From assembly GCA_965248355.1 (NCBI GenBank), contig OZ252098.1, positions 2,432,001-2,496,000 of the forward strand: DNA of 64,000 nucleotides, given 5' to 3'. This document shows positions 29,189 to 38,724 of the stretch, one piece after another. Numbering within the stretch: the first letter of the stretch is position 1; each line of letters opens with the position of its first letter. The notes below the pieces were generated by a model. The model was given only the letters and a program-made list of their open reading frames with translations, was not told the DNA's origin and ran no database searches. The DNA comes from Candidatus Latescibacterota bacterium (lineage in GTDB: Bacteria; Latescibacterota; UBA2968; UBA8231). The position numbers were made by a program, and so were the translations under genes.

Positions 29189-29437
29189 CGTGCCTCCCGG
29201 AGCATCGTTAGTCTGGATCGTGCCAAAGTGAGATCGCTGGGGGATCTTCTGACTTTTCTTGATGAAACCGTGCAACAAGAGGATGGTGCCACCGTAATAG
29301 ACTGAAGGGTCTTGATTGTCCGCACCAATGATCCTCTTCGCCTCTCGATCCAGGCTGCGCAGCCATGCTCTGACCGGCTCACGCCCTGTCGTCGTACGGA
29401 AGAAGCGAACCGGTAGCGGCCTGTCTCTGTTCACCAT
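29185..29437 (-). pseudogene. RelE/Gp49 (DUF891)-like toxin, internally deleted and frameshifted
   Basis: 'VRFFRTTTGREPVRAWLRSL...IIGAD' joins 'ILLLHGFIKKSQK' without the central region; 'IKTLQ' and 'SDLTLARSRL' lie in another frame. Confidence 0.75.
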
Positions 29438-29443
29438 CCCCAA

Positions 29444-29461
29444 TGTACCAATTATGGTACA
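29444..29461. promoter_or_regulatory. Palindromic operator upstream of the Gp49-XRE module
   Basis: TGTACCA-ATTA-TGGTACA perfect inverted repeat just upstream of the toxin ATG. Confidence 0.6.
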
Positions 29462-29499
29462 CTCGTCGAGCCATACGAAGATCGAGATTCTCAGGAAAC

Positions 29500-30035
29500 G
29501 AGGCACATCCCGCCACGACTCTCTTGTCTGGGCTATGTCGTCGGGACTCATAGACAGAGGAACTTACGAGGTAGTAGCCCTTGGGCTCTAACATAGCCTT
29601 TAGGCTCTCGAAGACTGACTTGCGCTCTTTGGAGAAAACGATGTGGTTGATGCAGTAGCTATCGACTATCAAGTCAAACTGGCGCCCATTCTGCGGGATC
29701 GCCGTCACGTCCACGACCTCGTATGCAATAGCCAGACCTCGCACGGCGGCTATCTCCCTGGCCTTCCGGATCGCCTCCGGAATCAGATCATAACCCGTCA
29801 CCTTGTAGCCCCGTTCTGCAAGGTACAGGGCCACCGGGCCCACGCCCGTGCCAAGTTCAAGCACCTCTGGATCAGGCGTCTTCAACCGGAGCTTCGGCAA
29901 GGCCATCTCGAGGAATTCCCGAGAGGAGAAGTCGTGGAAATCGATGCCACCATACATTCGCGTTGCCCAATCTTCCAGACCCATCCGGGTCATGATCTCG
30001 TAACGCCGGGCATTTTCGCGAAAGTAGTATCTCAC
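29500..30035 (-). pseudogene. Class I SAM-dependent methyltransferase, probably 3'-truncated by the adjacent TA module (3' boundary approximate)
   Basis: 'VLELGTGVG', 'VTGYDL', 'FDLIVDSYC'. The ORF runs on to 29379 through the TA operator and toxin start. Confidence 0.6.
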
Positions 30036-30331
30036 TTGTCAACCAGCTGCGGATCGTAGCGCTCGACCTCGATCTCTTCCTCGCGTGCTTGCGCCTGCGC
30101 GACATCGTAGGCCGCCTGCAGTCGTATCCAGGTCGCCGTCGTCGAGCCGAAGGCCTTGGCCAGGCGGACGGCCATGTCGCCGGAAATGCGGGCGTGGCCA
30201 TTCACCAGATTCGACAGGGCCTGACGACTGACCCCCAGGATCTTCGCTCCTTGCGTGACACTGAGACCCAGCGGCTCCAGACAGGACACGCGCACGGCCT
30301 TGCCGGGGTGCGGCGGATTCTTCATGGGCAT
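30032..30331 (-). CDS. higA: HigA family antitoxin
   Basis: 'MKNPPHPG...LGLSVTQGAKILGVSRQALSNLVNG...MAVRLAKAFG...WIRLQAAYD'. Confidence 0.92.
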   Translation of the reverse strand: MPMKNPPHPGKAVRVSCLEPLGLSVTQGAKILGVSRQALSNLVNGHARISGDMAVRLAKAFGSTTATWIRLQAAYDVAQAQAREEEIEVERYDPQLVDK

Positions 30332-30344
30332 GTGGTTCCTCCCT

Positions 30345-30401
30345 CTGATCGCCGCGCTCGTAGAAGCGCTTGAGCCCACGATGCCGGAAGCTCCGTATCA
30401 T
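30345..30401 (-). pseudogene. HigB toxin remnant (first ~19 codons only)
   Basis: 'MIRSFRHRGLKRFYERGD' is a typical HigB N-terminus; it runs directly into the higA RBS. Confidence 0.75.
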
Positions 30402-30407
30402 CCTCGG

Positions 30408-30436
30408 AACGTAATGTGTCAAGCGACACTTGTCAA
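30408..30436 (-). promoter_or_regulatory. higBA promoter with palindromic operator
   Basis: TTGACA-N17-TACGTT; the spacer contains GTGTC-GCTT-GACAC. Confidence 0.7.
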
Positions 30437-30501
30437 TGTGTCGATCGCGGACCTGCTTGCAGACAGGCTTCCCGAACCAGGTCGTTTCCCCAGGCGTTCG
30501 C

Positions 30502-31050
30502 CTAGGCGCTCCGCTCCGCCTCCAGCCCGTAAGCGGAGATCTTGGCCAGCAGCGTCTTGCGCGTGATCCCCAGCCGGGCGGCGCCCTCTTGCGGTTGTGG
30601 CCCTCCTCGGCCAGGCCTCGGCGATCGCCGCCGCTCGACCACAGCGAGACGCTCGGCCAGGGTGCCCGCGGTCGGGGTCTCGGACGGACGGCGCAGGCGG
30701 GGCGGCAGGTCGGTCTCGTCCAGCTGTTGGCCGTTGCAGAGGATGGCGGCGCCGCGGATGACGTTCTCTAGCTCGCGGACATTGCCCGGCCAGTTGTAGG
30801 ACCGCAGGAGGTCCATGGAGCCAAGCGTGACGCCTTCCACGGGCCGCTCCAGCTCCGAGCCGACCTGTTGCAGGAAGTGCTCCACGAGCAGGGCAGGTCC
30901 TCCCCGTTCCCGCAGTGGGGGCAGGCGCAGGGAGACGACGTTGAGGCGGTGGAACAGGTCCTCCCGGAAGCCGCCGTCTTCGACCTGCCGGTGCAGGTCC
31001 CGGTTGGTGGCCGCCACGATGCGCACGTCCACGGGGATGGGGGAGGTTCC
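30502..31050 (-). pseudogene. Decayed copy of the 3' half of the sigma54 response regulator at 52225-52780
   Basis: '[16 protein letters not shown]...[21 protein letters not shown]...[11 protein letters not shown]'; highly similar DNA with small indels. Confidence 0.85.
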
Positions 31051-31057
31051 GCGCTGG

Positions 31058-31225
31058 TGGACGTACTTGCCACAGCCCCACCTTGTAGCCGTGGGCGCCC
31101 AGCACGTCGGTGTAGGCCGCCTCCCCTTCCAAGTAGAGGGCCGCGCCATCGCCGATGGCCTTCCCGGATCCAGTCGTGAACGCCGTGCTGGGACGGCATG
31201 CGGCCGGTGAGGCAGCTGGCGCGCA
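31058..31225 (-). pseudogene. Sulfatase gene fragment
   Basis: 'RASCLTGRMPSQHGVHDWI' and 'YTDVLGAHGYKVGL(x)GK' across shifted frames. Confidence 0.6.
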
Positions 31226-33322
31226 CTATCTGGCGACCAGCATCTTGCTGACGATGGAACGACGGCCGGTCTCCACCCGAAGGAAGTAGACTCCTGAGGA
31301 CACCGGCTCCCCCTCGTCGGTGCTCCCGTCCCACAGTATTTCGTGGGTCCCGGCCGGAATCGGCCCACGCACCAGGCTACGGACCTGTTGCCCGGCGGTG
31401 TTGTACACCGACATGGAGACCCTGTCCCCGGTCAGGTTGGCCCCAAGCCGGATCGCCACGCTCGAGTTGAACGGATTGGGATAGACGGCCACCTCCGGGC
31501 CGGCCCCATCCTCCGGGTCGCACTTGTCCCATGCCACATTGGTCGGGCTAGAGTCGAAGCCACGGTTGAGGAAAGTGTACACCCCGCCGGTCTGCCGGGC
31601 CGCGGGCTCGAGCACCACCGCGTCGGGCCAGCCGTCCCCGTTCAGGTCGCCCACCATCACCTCCGTGCCCCGCCCCTCCAAGGCGTACCTGCCTTCTGAA
31701 GCCAGTCTCCCTCCCTCTCTCCCTGCATAGACCACCAGCGCCGGAGATCGCACGCTGCCGTCCACGAACAGCAGATCCGAACGCCCATCCAGGTTCAGGT
31801 CCGCTACCTGCACGCTCCTCACCCTCGCCCTCGCGTCCAGCGTGTCCTCGATCACCGTGCCGTCGCCTGCATTGCGTAGCACCAACAGGCCAACAAGAAC
31901 ACTGTCCTGATCGGCGACGAGATCGGTGTCACGATCGCCGTCGATGTCTCCGGCGTACCTCACTTGGTCATAGGGGACCCTCGAGGAGAAACGACTCTCG
32001 GCAACCTCGCCGTCCGCTTGCAAGCAGGTCACGGCGTAGTTCGTAAGGCCAAGGCTGGTTCCCGTGTCCCACAGCGCACCAAGCCTGCCCACACCGCAGG
32101 CGTTCGCTACGTCACGAACCAACCATCTTCTCTGACTCGGTCTCAGGTCTACGCCCGCCTCGAAGCGACCTGTCCCATCGTTGACCATCAACCCAGCGAA
32201 CGGCCCCTTGGATCTCTGCCTGACTGCAAGGAGATCCACATCGCCATCTGCATCGCCGTCCGCGACGCCGTAAGAGCTTACTCCTTCGAGCTTCTTCACA
32301 GGCTCCCACGTCCCGTGCCGATGTTGCAGCAACTGCGTTTCCCAAGAGTACCCGACGAAGACCTCGCTGGACCCGTCCCCATCCACATCACCGCTCAACA
32401 GGCCGATCCCATCACCCTGGACCTCCGAAGTCCACGGCCTCAGAAACCCACCTTGACCATCTCCTTCGACCGCCACCCAGCCGAACTCCTCGACAATTCC
32501 CCCTCCGCGCAGAAAGATCCTCCACCACGGGCTTGCCAAGTCCAACGCGCCATCCCCGTTGAAATCGTTCAAGGTCGCCACGGGAGCACCCCAGGGTCTG
32601 CCGCTTTCGCCGATGCCTCTTACCCCAAGAGAAGTGAATTGCGCCCCCTCGAACAGCTTTCCGGAGATGGCGCTCTCTGCCAGGGATGGGGGACCCAACT
32701 CGCCCCTGATCTGCTCCTCGACGCCTGTCAGCGTGATGCGGTCCACCTCCACCGAGCGAACGACCCTGCCGCTGGTCAGCTTGTCACTTTCCAGAGATCC
32801 CAGGAGGAAAATCAACCGGATGTCCTGTAGCTCACCTACCCAGGTATCCGGCTTGGACTCCCGCAGGTCAAAGGTCAGCTCCTGCCACGATCCGTCTACC
32901 ACGATTCGGTCCCCGAAGAGGATCGTCAGCCCTCGTCCGGGCCGTGTCAATATCGAATTCGTCCATGCTAACGTGGAGCCGGTCTTGAACGGCGTGTCTG
33001 TCACGAACCGTATTCGCAGCCGTACCTGGTCGAACAGAGCTGAATCTTGACCGATGATCGGTGACAGCATCTCCAGGGACGATGCAACCCTCGACGAGGA
33101 CGTGCTCCAGATCTCCGGGATGTCGATGATCCAGGAGCCCCCCTCTATCCTACCCTGGTAGATCTCTCGATTGATATTGAACCATCCCTCCCACGCCGTC
33201 CATGGGCTCGTTGTGGCCGCCTCTTCTTCGGTGAACTCCCACGTGATGGCGCCAAGGTTGGAGCCAGATGGAGTCGTGATACACAGGAAGACAAACAGGA
33301 AAATATTGTGAAGTCGTAGCAT
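31226..33322 (-). CDS. Secreted FG-GAP/VCBS repeat protein with C-terminal FlgD-Ig/T9SS-like domain (paralogue 1)
   Basis: Signal peptide; DxxxDGxxD repeats (DFNGDGALD, GDVDGDG, DLNLDGRSD, GDLNGDGWPD); tail 'YPNPFNSS...WDGSTDEGEPVSSGVYFLRV'. Confidence 0.88.
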   Translation of the reverse strand: MLRLHNIFLFVFLCITTPSGSNLGAITWEFTEEEAATTSPWTAWEGWFNINREIYQGRIEGGSWIIDIPEIWSTSSSRVASSLEMLSPIIGQDSALFDQVRLRIRFVTDTPFKTGSTLAWTNSILTRPGRGLTILFGDRIVVDGSWQELTFDLRESKPDTWVGELQDIRLIFLLGSLESDKLTSGRVVRSVEVDRITLTGVEEQIRGELGPPSLAESAISGKLFEGAQFTSLGVRGIGESGRPWGAPVATLNDFNGDGALDLASPWWRIFLRGGGIVEEFGWVAVEGDGQGGFLRPWTSEVQGDGIGLLSGDVDGDGSSEVFVGYSWETQLLQHRHGTWEPVKKLEGVSSYGVADGDADGDVDLLAVRQRSKGPFAGLMVNDGTGRFEAGVDLRPSQRRWLVRDVANACGVGRLGALWDTGTSLGLTNYAVTCLQADGEVAESRFSSRVPYDQVRYAGDIDGDRDTDLVADQDSVLVGLLVLRNAGDGTVIEDTLDARARVRSVQVADLNLDGRSDLLFVDGSVRSPALVVYAGREGGRLASEGRYALEGRGTEVMVGDLNGDGWPDAVVLEPAARQTGGVYTFLNRGFDSSPTNVAWDKCDPEDGAGPEVAVYPNPFNSSVAIRLGANLTGDRVSMSVYNTAGQQVRSLVRGPIPAGTHEILWDGSTDEGEPVSSGVYFLRVETGRRSIVSKMLVAR

Positions 33323-33408
33323 TGCTCCCCGGTCTCGGGTCTCGTTGCGCCGCAAAAGCCCCCCGACAGAGAAGGCACGACACCGATTGACCGGCCACAC
33401 CGAGCTGA

Positions 33409-34194
33409 TCACGATGGCGCCGGCATAATGCGTTGGGAAACCAGGAATGGAAATACCGCCGTCGCCTCCACGGTTGGCCGGTCGTAGGTATCCACCCGCA
33501 GCACGATGCCCTCCACCGTCAGCCATACCTGCCTCACTTCGGGATGTAGAGGCGCGAAGACGACCTTTCCCGAGTAGCTGTCTCCCTGCCAGACAAAGGT
33601 GGAGGGCCGATAGAGCGCCCGCCGGACCAGACCGAGCCGCTCCTGGTAGTAATACCGCTCGTTTCCCCCCTCTCCCCGTCTTTTCTTGTAGTAGTCTTCG
33701 AAGCTGTTGTCCGCGTCCCTTTCCTCCTCGTCCCAATACTGATGACGACCCCCACGGTCGGTGGACAGGGTCATCCGCGCCGGATCGACCCTGACCTTTG
33801 GCAGGCCCTGGTTGACCACCGTCACCTGGAACACGGTGAACCGCGGAGGGGAATAGCCGAGGTCCAGATCCCTGTCCTTCCCGTAGGTGAAGGGATTCAG
33901 ATTCGGGTCTCGCAGGGTGTATAGCCGGTACTCCTCGTTCAACTCCTGGTCGCTCACGTACCGCACTTTCAGCCTGAATCCCTCCTGCTCGAACACGGCG
34001 GTGCTGTCCACCGGGTCGAACCGGTAGGAACCGGTAGCATCGCTCCCGGGGGCCAAATCCATTGAAGTGTGGTACACCAAGTTGGGCGGCAACTGCAGGC
34101 AGCCAGAGCCTATCACCACGAGCCCCTGAAGGGCGACGACCCGGGCCGAGCCCACTAGAGCTGCTCCTCGCCGAACACGTTCCTGCCAACCCAT
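33409..34194 (-). CDS. Hypothetical lipoprotein
   Basis: Hydrophobic leader ending in GSG-C; coupled to the TPR gene; start uncertain. Confidence 0.65.
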   Translation of the reverse strand: MGWQERVRRGAALVGSARVVALQGLVVIGSGCLQLPPNLVYHTSMDLAPGSDATGSYRFDPVDSTAVFEQEGFRLKVRYVSDQELNEEYRLYTLRDPNLNPFTYGKDRDLDLGYSPPRFTVFQVTVVNQGLPKVRVDPARMTLSTDRGGRHQYWDEEERDADNSFEDYYKKRRGEGGNERYYYQERLGLVRRALYRPSTFVWQGDSYSGKVVFAPLHPEVRQVWLTVEGIVLRVDTYDRPTVEATAVFPFLVSQRIMPAPS

Positions 34195-37100
34195 CGCAAC
34201 CCCTCGCGCGCGAAGTCGGCCTCCGGTTCCGCGCCGGGTCTCCCCTCCAGCGCTGTGAGGGCCTCCGCATAGACCTCCACCGCCTCCCTCCACAGCTCTT
34301 GTCGCTCCAGGGCCGCGCCCAAGTTGCAGCGCGCCGCCGCCTCCGCCGAGGTTCCGGGATGCTCGGTCACGACGCGGCCAAGGACCTCGGCGGCCTCTTC
34401 GTACCGTTCCTCGTGAAATAGCTCCATCCCCACGTCGTAGAGGGATTCTGCGTCCCTCTCGGCCAAGTATCCGAGGAACGTCCGGGCGGTCGACGCTTCG
34501 GCGCTTTTCCCCCAGCGGTCCACGATCACTTGATAGACTCCTGCGGCCAGCTCCCATTCCTCGGCGTTGTAGTGGTGATCCCCGACATGGAGCAATCCCT
34601 GCCGCGCCCTCTCGCTGCCCGGGAAGCGTTCAGCCAAGGCCTCGAAGGCCGATTGCATGCCGGTCACGTCCTCGAGGTTCAGGCGGCACCAGCCGATGCC
34701 GTACATCGCTTCTGCTGCTTGTTCGCTGTCCGGCCAACGCTCCACCACCCGGCCGTACGCAGCCTCCGCCTCATCGAAACGCCCGGTGTCGAACCACAAC
34801 TCCCCCACCTCGAAAGCCGCCGCCGGCGCCATCCTGTGCTCCGGATAGAAGTCGCTCATGCGCTGGAGGGTTGCCATCGCTTCTGTGTTCTTCTCAAGGG
34901 CCAGCAAGCACTGGGCTTCGTAGTACATCGCCGAGCCCTGCATCGGTCGACTTCCAGCAGCCCTCGCCGACGCCAACCGGCCCCGGGCCTCCTCGAAGGC
35001 TCCCAGTTGCATGGCCACGGCTCCCAAGCTGAAGTCGAACTCGGCCGCCAGCCAGGTTTCCCGGGCGAGGTCACCCCCCCGTTCCAGTGCCCGCCTGGCC
35101 TCGGCGACACGGCCTTGTGCCTGCAGGGATCGACCCTTCAGCAGGGCCGCCCTGAGGGCCTGTTCACCCTGGGCGTCGATCAGGTGTGCCAACTCGGCCT
35201 CGGCGCGGGCGAGCTCACCCGTATCCAGCCAATGCTGCGCCATGCCCAGCCGCCCTTCTGCCTCGGTGGCGGGACTCCCCAGCAACTCCTGATAGAGGAG
35301 CTTGGCGCGCTCCGGGTCCCCGAGCCGATGGGCGCACAGCCCGAGCGCCCGGACCAGTCGGCCAAGTCCCCCGGCGCCGGCCCCTGGCGCCAGGCTTGCC
35401 CGCCAGACATCCCAGGCCTCCTCGGCTTGACCCGTCTCCAGAAGGCTCCAGCCAAGCCCGAACCGGGCCGCCGGCATCAGGTCCCCGCCAAGCCCCTCGA
35501 CGGCCTTCCCAAGCACCGGAATCGCAGCTTGGTGCCTGCCCTGCAGGTGATACAGCAGTCCCAACTGTGCCAGTGCCTCGAAACGGAGAGGTCCCGCGGC
35601 CAGTTGCTCCAACTGCTCTTCGAGTAACTCCCGGGCCTGGGACAGCTGGCCGGCCTCCACCATCACCTGCGCCATCTCAAACCGGGCCAGGTGTGCGTGG
35701 GGCCAGTCCTCCTCGAACGACGCCAGCAACCTGAGCGCGACTTCGAGCCGTCCCGCGAATCGATGCCGGCGCCCCAGCTCCAGAACGGCGACCGACCGCA
35801 CCTCCGGGTCGCTGCACCGCTCCAGCAGCCCTGCGTACACCGAGTCCGCCAATGCGGGCTCCACTCGCGCCAAGGATAGGCGCGCCCGGCAGGCCAACTC
35901 CCCTTCCATTCCTCCCAGCACCTCGAAGGCCTCGCGAGCCCCTGTCGTGTCCCCCAGAGCCAGCTGCAGCTCACCCATCATCATTAGGGTCTGGGCGTGC
36001 AACCCTCTTTCCGTCTCCGAATCCAGCACGGCCTGGAGCTGGTCGACGGCCTCCGACCTCCACACTTGGGCAGAGTCCTTCACCCCCGCCGATTGCGCCA
36101 ACTCAGCCAGGCACTCGGCCACGCGAACGCGGGCCTCCTCGACCGAGATGCCGGCCTCTATAGCCTGCCCCTCGAAAATCCTCAGGTACACTCGGTGGGC
36201 CGCCAGCGACTCGTCGTACCGCTGCGCCTCGTGAAGGGCGGCCATGCTCGCCGCGTGCATCCGCGCTTGGAACCCCCTGCGCGGCTGCGCCTCGCCGGCC
36301 CGACGATAGACCGCCGCCGCAGCCTCCGGCCCCTCCGTTTCCTCCAGCAACAGCCCATGCCGGATCCAGGCCTGCTCCGCCAGGAACTCCTCCTGACGGA
36401 ACTCCTCCTGCACCGTCCGGTAGGCGCGAACGGCCGCCTGCGGCTGCCCGAGCCTCGCCAGCAGGTCCCCCCGCTTCAGCCACGCCTTGACCGCGACCGA
36501 CCGGCGGCTGGTTCCCTCCCGCAGGCCTCTCAGGGCCATCTCCGTCCGTTCTCTATCGCTCATCACCGCCGGGTTGTAGTCCTCGGCCAAGCTGACAAAG
36601 GTCGCCAGGGCCTCCTCGAGACGACCTTCCTGCTCGAGAGCCAAGCCGATCTGCAACCTGGCTCGATCCGAGCGGATGGTGGCACCGCCCTGTTCCACGT
36701 ACGAGCTGAAGGCGGCGATAGCTTCGTGGTAGGCTTCCAGGCGGTACTTCGCCCACCCAAGCGTATACAGGGCGTGCCCCGCAAAGGAGGAGGCGGGAAA
36801 AAGCTGCAGCAGCAGGTCGCAGGCGTCGGCCGCCTCCTTGTGCCGTCCGGCCTCGAACCAGCTCTCGGCCACCAGGTAGGCCGCCCTCTCGCGCAGGCTG
36901 AACCGCGGATCGTCTCGAAGGGCTGCGAACTGCTGCGCCGCGGCCGACAGGGACGACCGTACCTTCTCGACGAGAGAGTCGGCCACGGCCGGATCCGCCA
37001 GCTCGCGCTCCTTCTGCATCTGTCTGGCCTGCCACCGGTGGCTGTTGGCCAACTGATAGCGCGCTGCGTCGCGCAGGTTGAGGGTTTCCTCGTCCACCTG

Positions 37101-37301
37101 CACCATCACCTGCGACGGCTTCATCAGCGGCCGGTCCGGCACCGCCAGGATCCGGTCGTACCCGAACCGTGCGCCTTCGAAGTCGCCACTTGCCAGAAGC
37201 CTCTGCGCGCGAAGGAAGAGGCGACCCATATCCTCCGGATTGGTCACCACTTGGCTCAGCGTGACCACACCGGCCAGGACGATGCCCAGGAGGTACGCCA
37301 T
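34155..37301 (-). CDS. Large exported tetratricopeptide repeat protein (BamD/YbgF-like repeats)
   Basis: Signal peptide MAYLLGIVLAG...; many TPR motifs ('ALYTLGWAKY', 'AAFEVGELWF', 'AMYGIGWC', 'FPGSE'). Confidence 0.9.
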   Translation of the reverse strand: MAYLLGIVLAGVVTLSQVVTNPEDMGRLFLRAQRLLASGDFEGARFGYDRILAVPDRPLMKPSQVMVQVDEETLNLRDAARYQLANSHRWQARQMQKERELADPAVADSLVEKVRSSLSAAAQQFAALRDDPRFSLRERAAYLVAESWFEAGRHKEAADACDLLLQLFPASSFAGHALYTLGWAKYRLEAYHEAIAAFSSYVEQGGATIRSDRARLQIGLALEQEGRLEEALATFVSLAEDYNPAVMSDRERTEMALRGLREGTSRRSVAVKAWLKRGDLLARLGQPQAAVRAYRTVQEEFRQEEFLAEQAWIRHGLLLEETEGPEAAAAVYRRAGEAQPRRGFQARMHAASMAALHEAQRYDESLAAHRVYLRIFEGQAIEAGISVEEARVRVAECLAELAQSAGVKDSAQVWRSEAVDQLQAVLDSETERGLHAQTLMMMGELQLALGDTTGAREAFEVLGGMEGELACRARLSLARVEPALADSVYAGLLERCSDPEVRSVAVLELGRRHRFAGRLEVALRLLASFEEDWPHAHLARFEMAQVMVEAGQLSQARELLEEQLEQLAAGPLRFEALAQLGLLYHLQGRHQAAIPVLGKAVEGLGGDLMPAARFGLGWSLLETGQAEEAWDVWRASLAPGAGAGGLGRLVRALGLCAHRLGDPERAKLLYQELLGSPATEAEGRLGMAQHWLDTGELARAEAELAHLIDAQGEQALRAALLKGRSLQAQGRVAEARRALERGGDLARETWLAAEFDFSLGAVAMQLGAFEEARGRLASARAAGSRPMQGSAMYYEAQCLLALEKNTEAMATLQRMSDFYPEHRMAPAAAFEVGELWFDTGRFDEAEAAYGRVVERWPDSEQAAEAMYGIGWCRLNLEDVTGMQSAFEALAERFPGSERARQGLLHVGDHHYNAEEWELAAGVYQVIVDRWGKSAEASTARTFLGYLAERDAESLYDVGMELFHEERYEEAAEVLGRVVTEHPGTSAEAAARCNLGAALERQELWREAVEVYAEALTALEGRPGAEPEADFAREGLRWVGRNVFGEEQL

Positions 37302-38724
37302 CAGCGCTCGTAGCCCGCGATGATGGTGACGAAGAACCGGGAGAAACCGCCGGACCGGGTCCTGGCCACGGCCGGGTCGGCGTAGACTACGTGACGTCGC
37401 TGTACCCCCGTGTTGGTCACGATCGTGTAGCCCTGGTACTCGCCTCGCACCGTGAGCATCAGCACCGAGTCCGCCGACTTCAGCTCGCGCTCGGGGTCCA
37501 CGCGGTCGACGATCCGGAAGGCCAGCGGAGCGAAAAGCCTCTTCGTGAAGGGCCCTCCCAACCCTTGCTGGCCGAACTGCAGCGACGTCCGGCGGGTGAA
37601 GTTCAAGTCCAGGCGCAGAATCGGCGCGATCTGGTGCCATTCCTCAAGGGGACGCCGGCGTTCGCTGCGCGTCCCCCGCAGGTACAGGTGCTTGAACATG
37701 GGCTGCACCGTGACCGGGCCCCGCTGCCAGCGCCAGTCCGCCTTGTTCGTCACCGCGATCGTCTGGCGCCGCGAGCCCTCCGACAGCCGGCGGTTCAGGA
37801 CCCACTGCAGGTTGTTCACGACCGTCAAAGCAGGCACCCGCGTGACCTCGGTACCCACGTAGCTGGTGTGCACCCACGAGTCGGCCATGTCCAGGGCGTC
37901 CGGCCTGGGAGGCCGACTGGGATTGTTGTTGGCCCCGGGCACGAAGACGAAGACGGGGTCCGGAATCGTGTCCTGGACCCGCTTGCTGTCGTGTCTGAGC
38001 TCGACCCGGCCCCAGCGCGGGGCGTCGATGTCGTACGAGATGCGCCCATACCGAGAGGTCGCCTGGCCGCCGCCGGCGATCTCCTTCAAGCGATAGTAGC
38101 CGAGGCCGGCCACGAGTTCCGCCACGGGCTTGCCCGGCAGGGACAGGAAGGTGTGATAGCCCCTGCGGTCGCGGTCGTAGGGGTAGTCGGGCTTGTCGTC
38201 GTTCTCTCGCTCGTCGATGACGCCGTTGTTGTTGAGATCGATCCCGTAGACGAACTCCTGGCGGTCGGAGTAGTACAGCAGGAAAGGCTCCTCGAAGTCG
38301 GGGACGCCGTTGGCATTCTGATCGTCATCGGGGACGTTGTCGTTGTCCAGGTCCAGTCCAGGATAGACCCCCGATTCCGGCTCCGAGCCGTTCGGGTAGT
38401 CCCGCAGATTGTCGTCCGCGTACCGATCGTCGTCGTCGTTGTCGTCCACGAGCGGATACTCGGCCAGCATCTGCTGATCACGCGTTTCCCCGGCCAGGTC
38501 CGTGTAGAGCCGAACGCCCCCGCGTCGGCTATCGTACCCTCCCCCGTACCGCGGGCCCAGGTGAAAGACCTCGGCCCCGATCTCGAAGGACCCGGCATCC
38601 CGAAGCATCGTGAGGTACCAGGCCTCGTCCCGCCGAATCGACTGCTTGCCCCCGATGACGGGGAAGCGTTGGTAGAGCAGGTTCCGCTCGTACTCCCCCT
38701 TCACCTGCAGACCCACCAGTTGCG
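37301..38724 (-). pseudogene. C-terminal half of an IS-interrupted exported, Asp-rich (Ca-binding) outer-membrane-like protein
   Basis: Continues in frame from 40149 once the IS and one TSD are removed (...GFNLDAQL|VGLQVKGEYERN...). Contains DxDxDN/DxNxNG loops and alternating beta-strand patterns. Confidence 0.8.
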
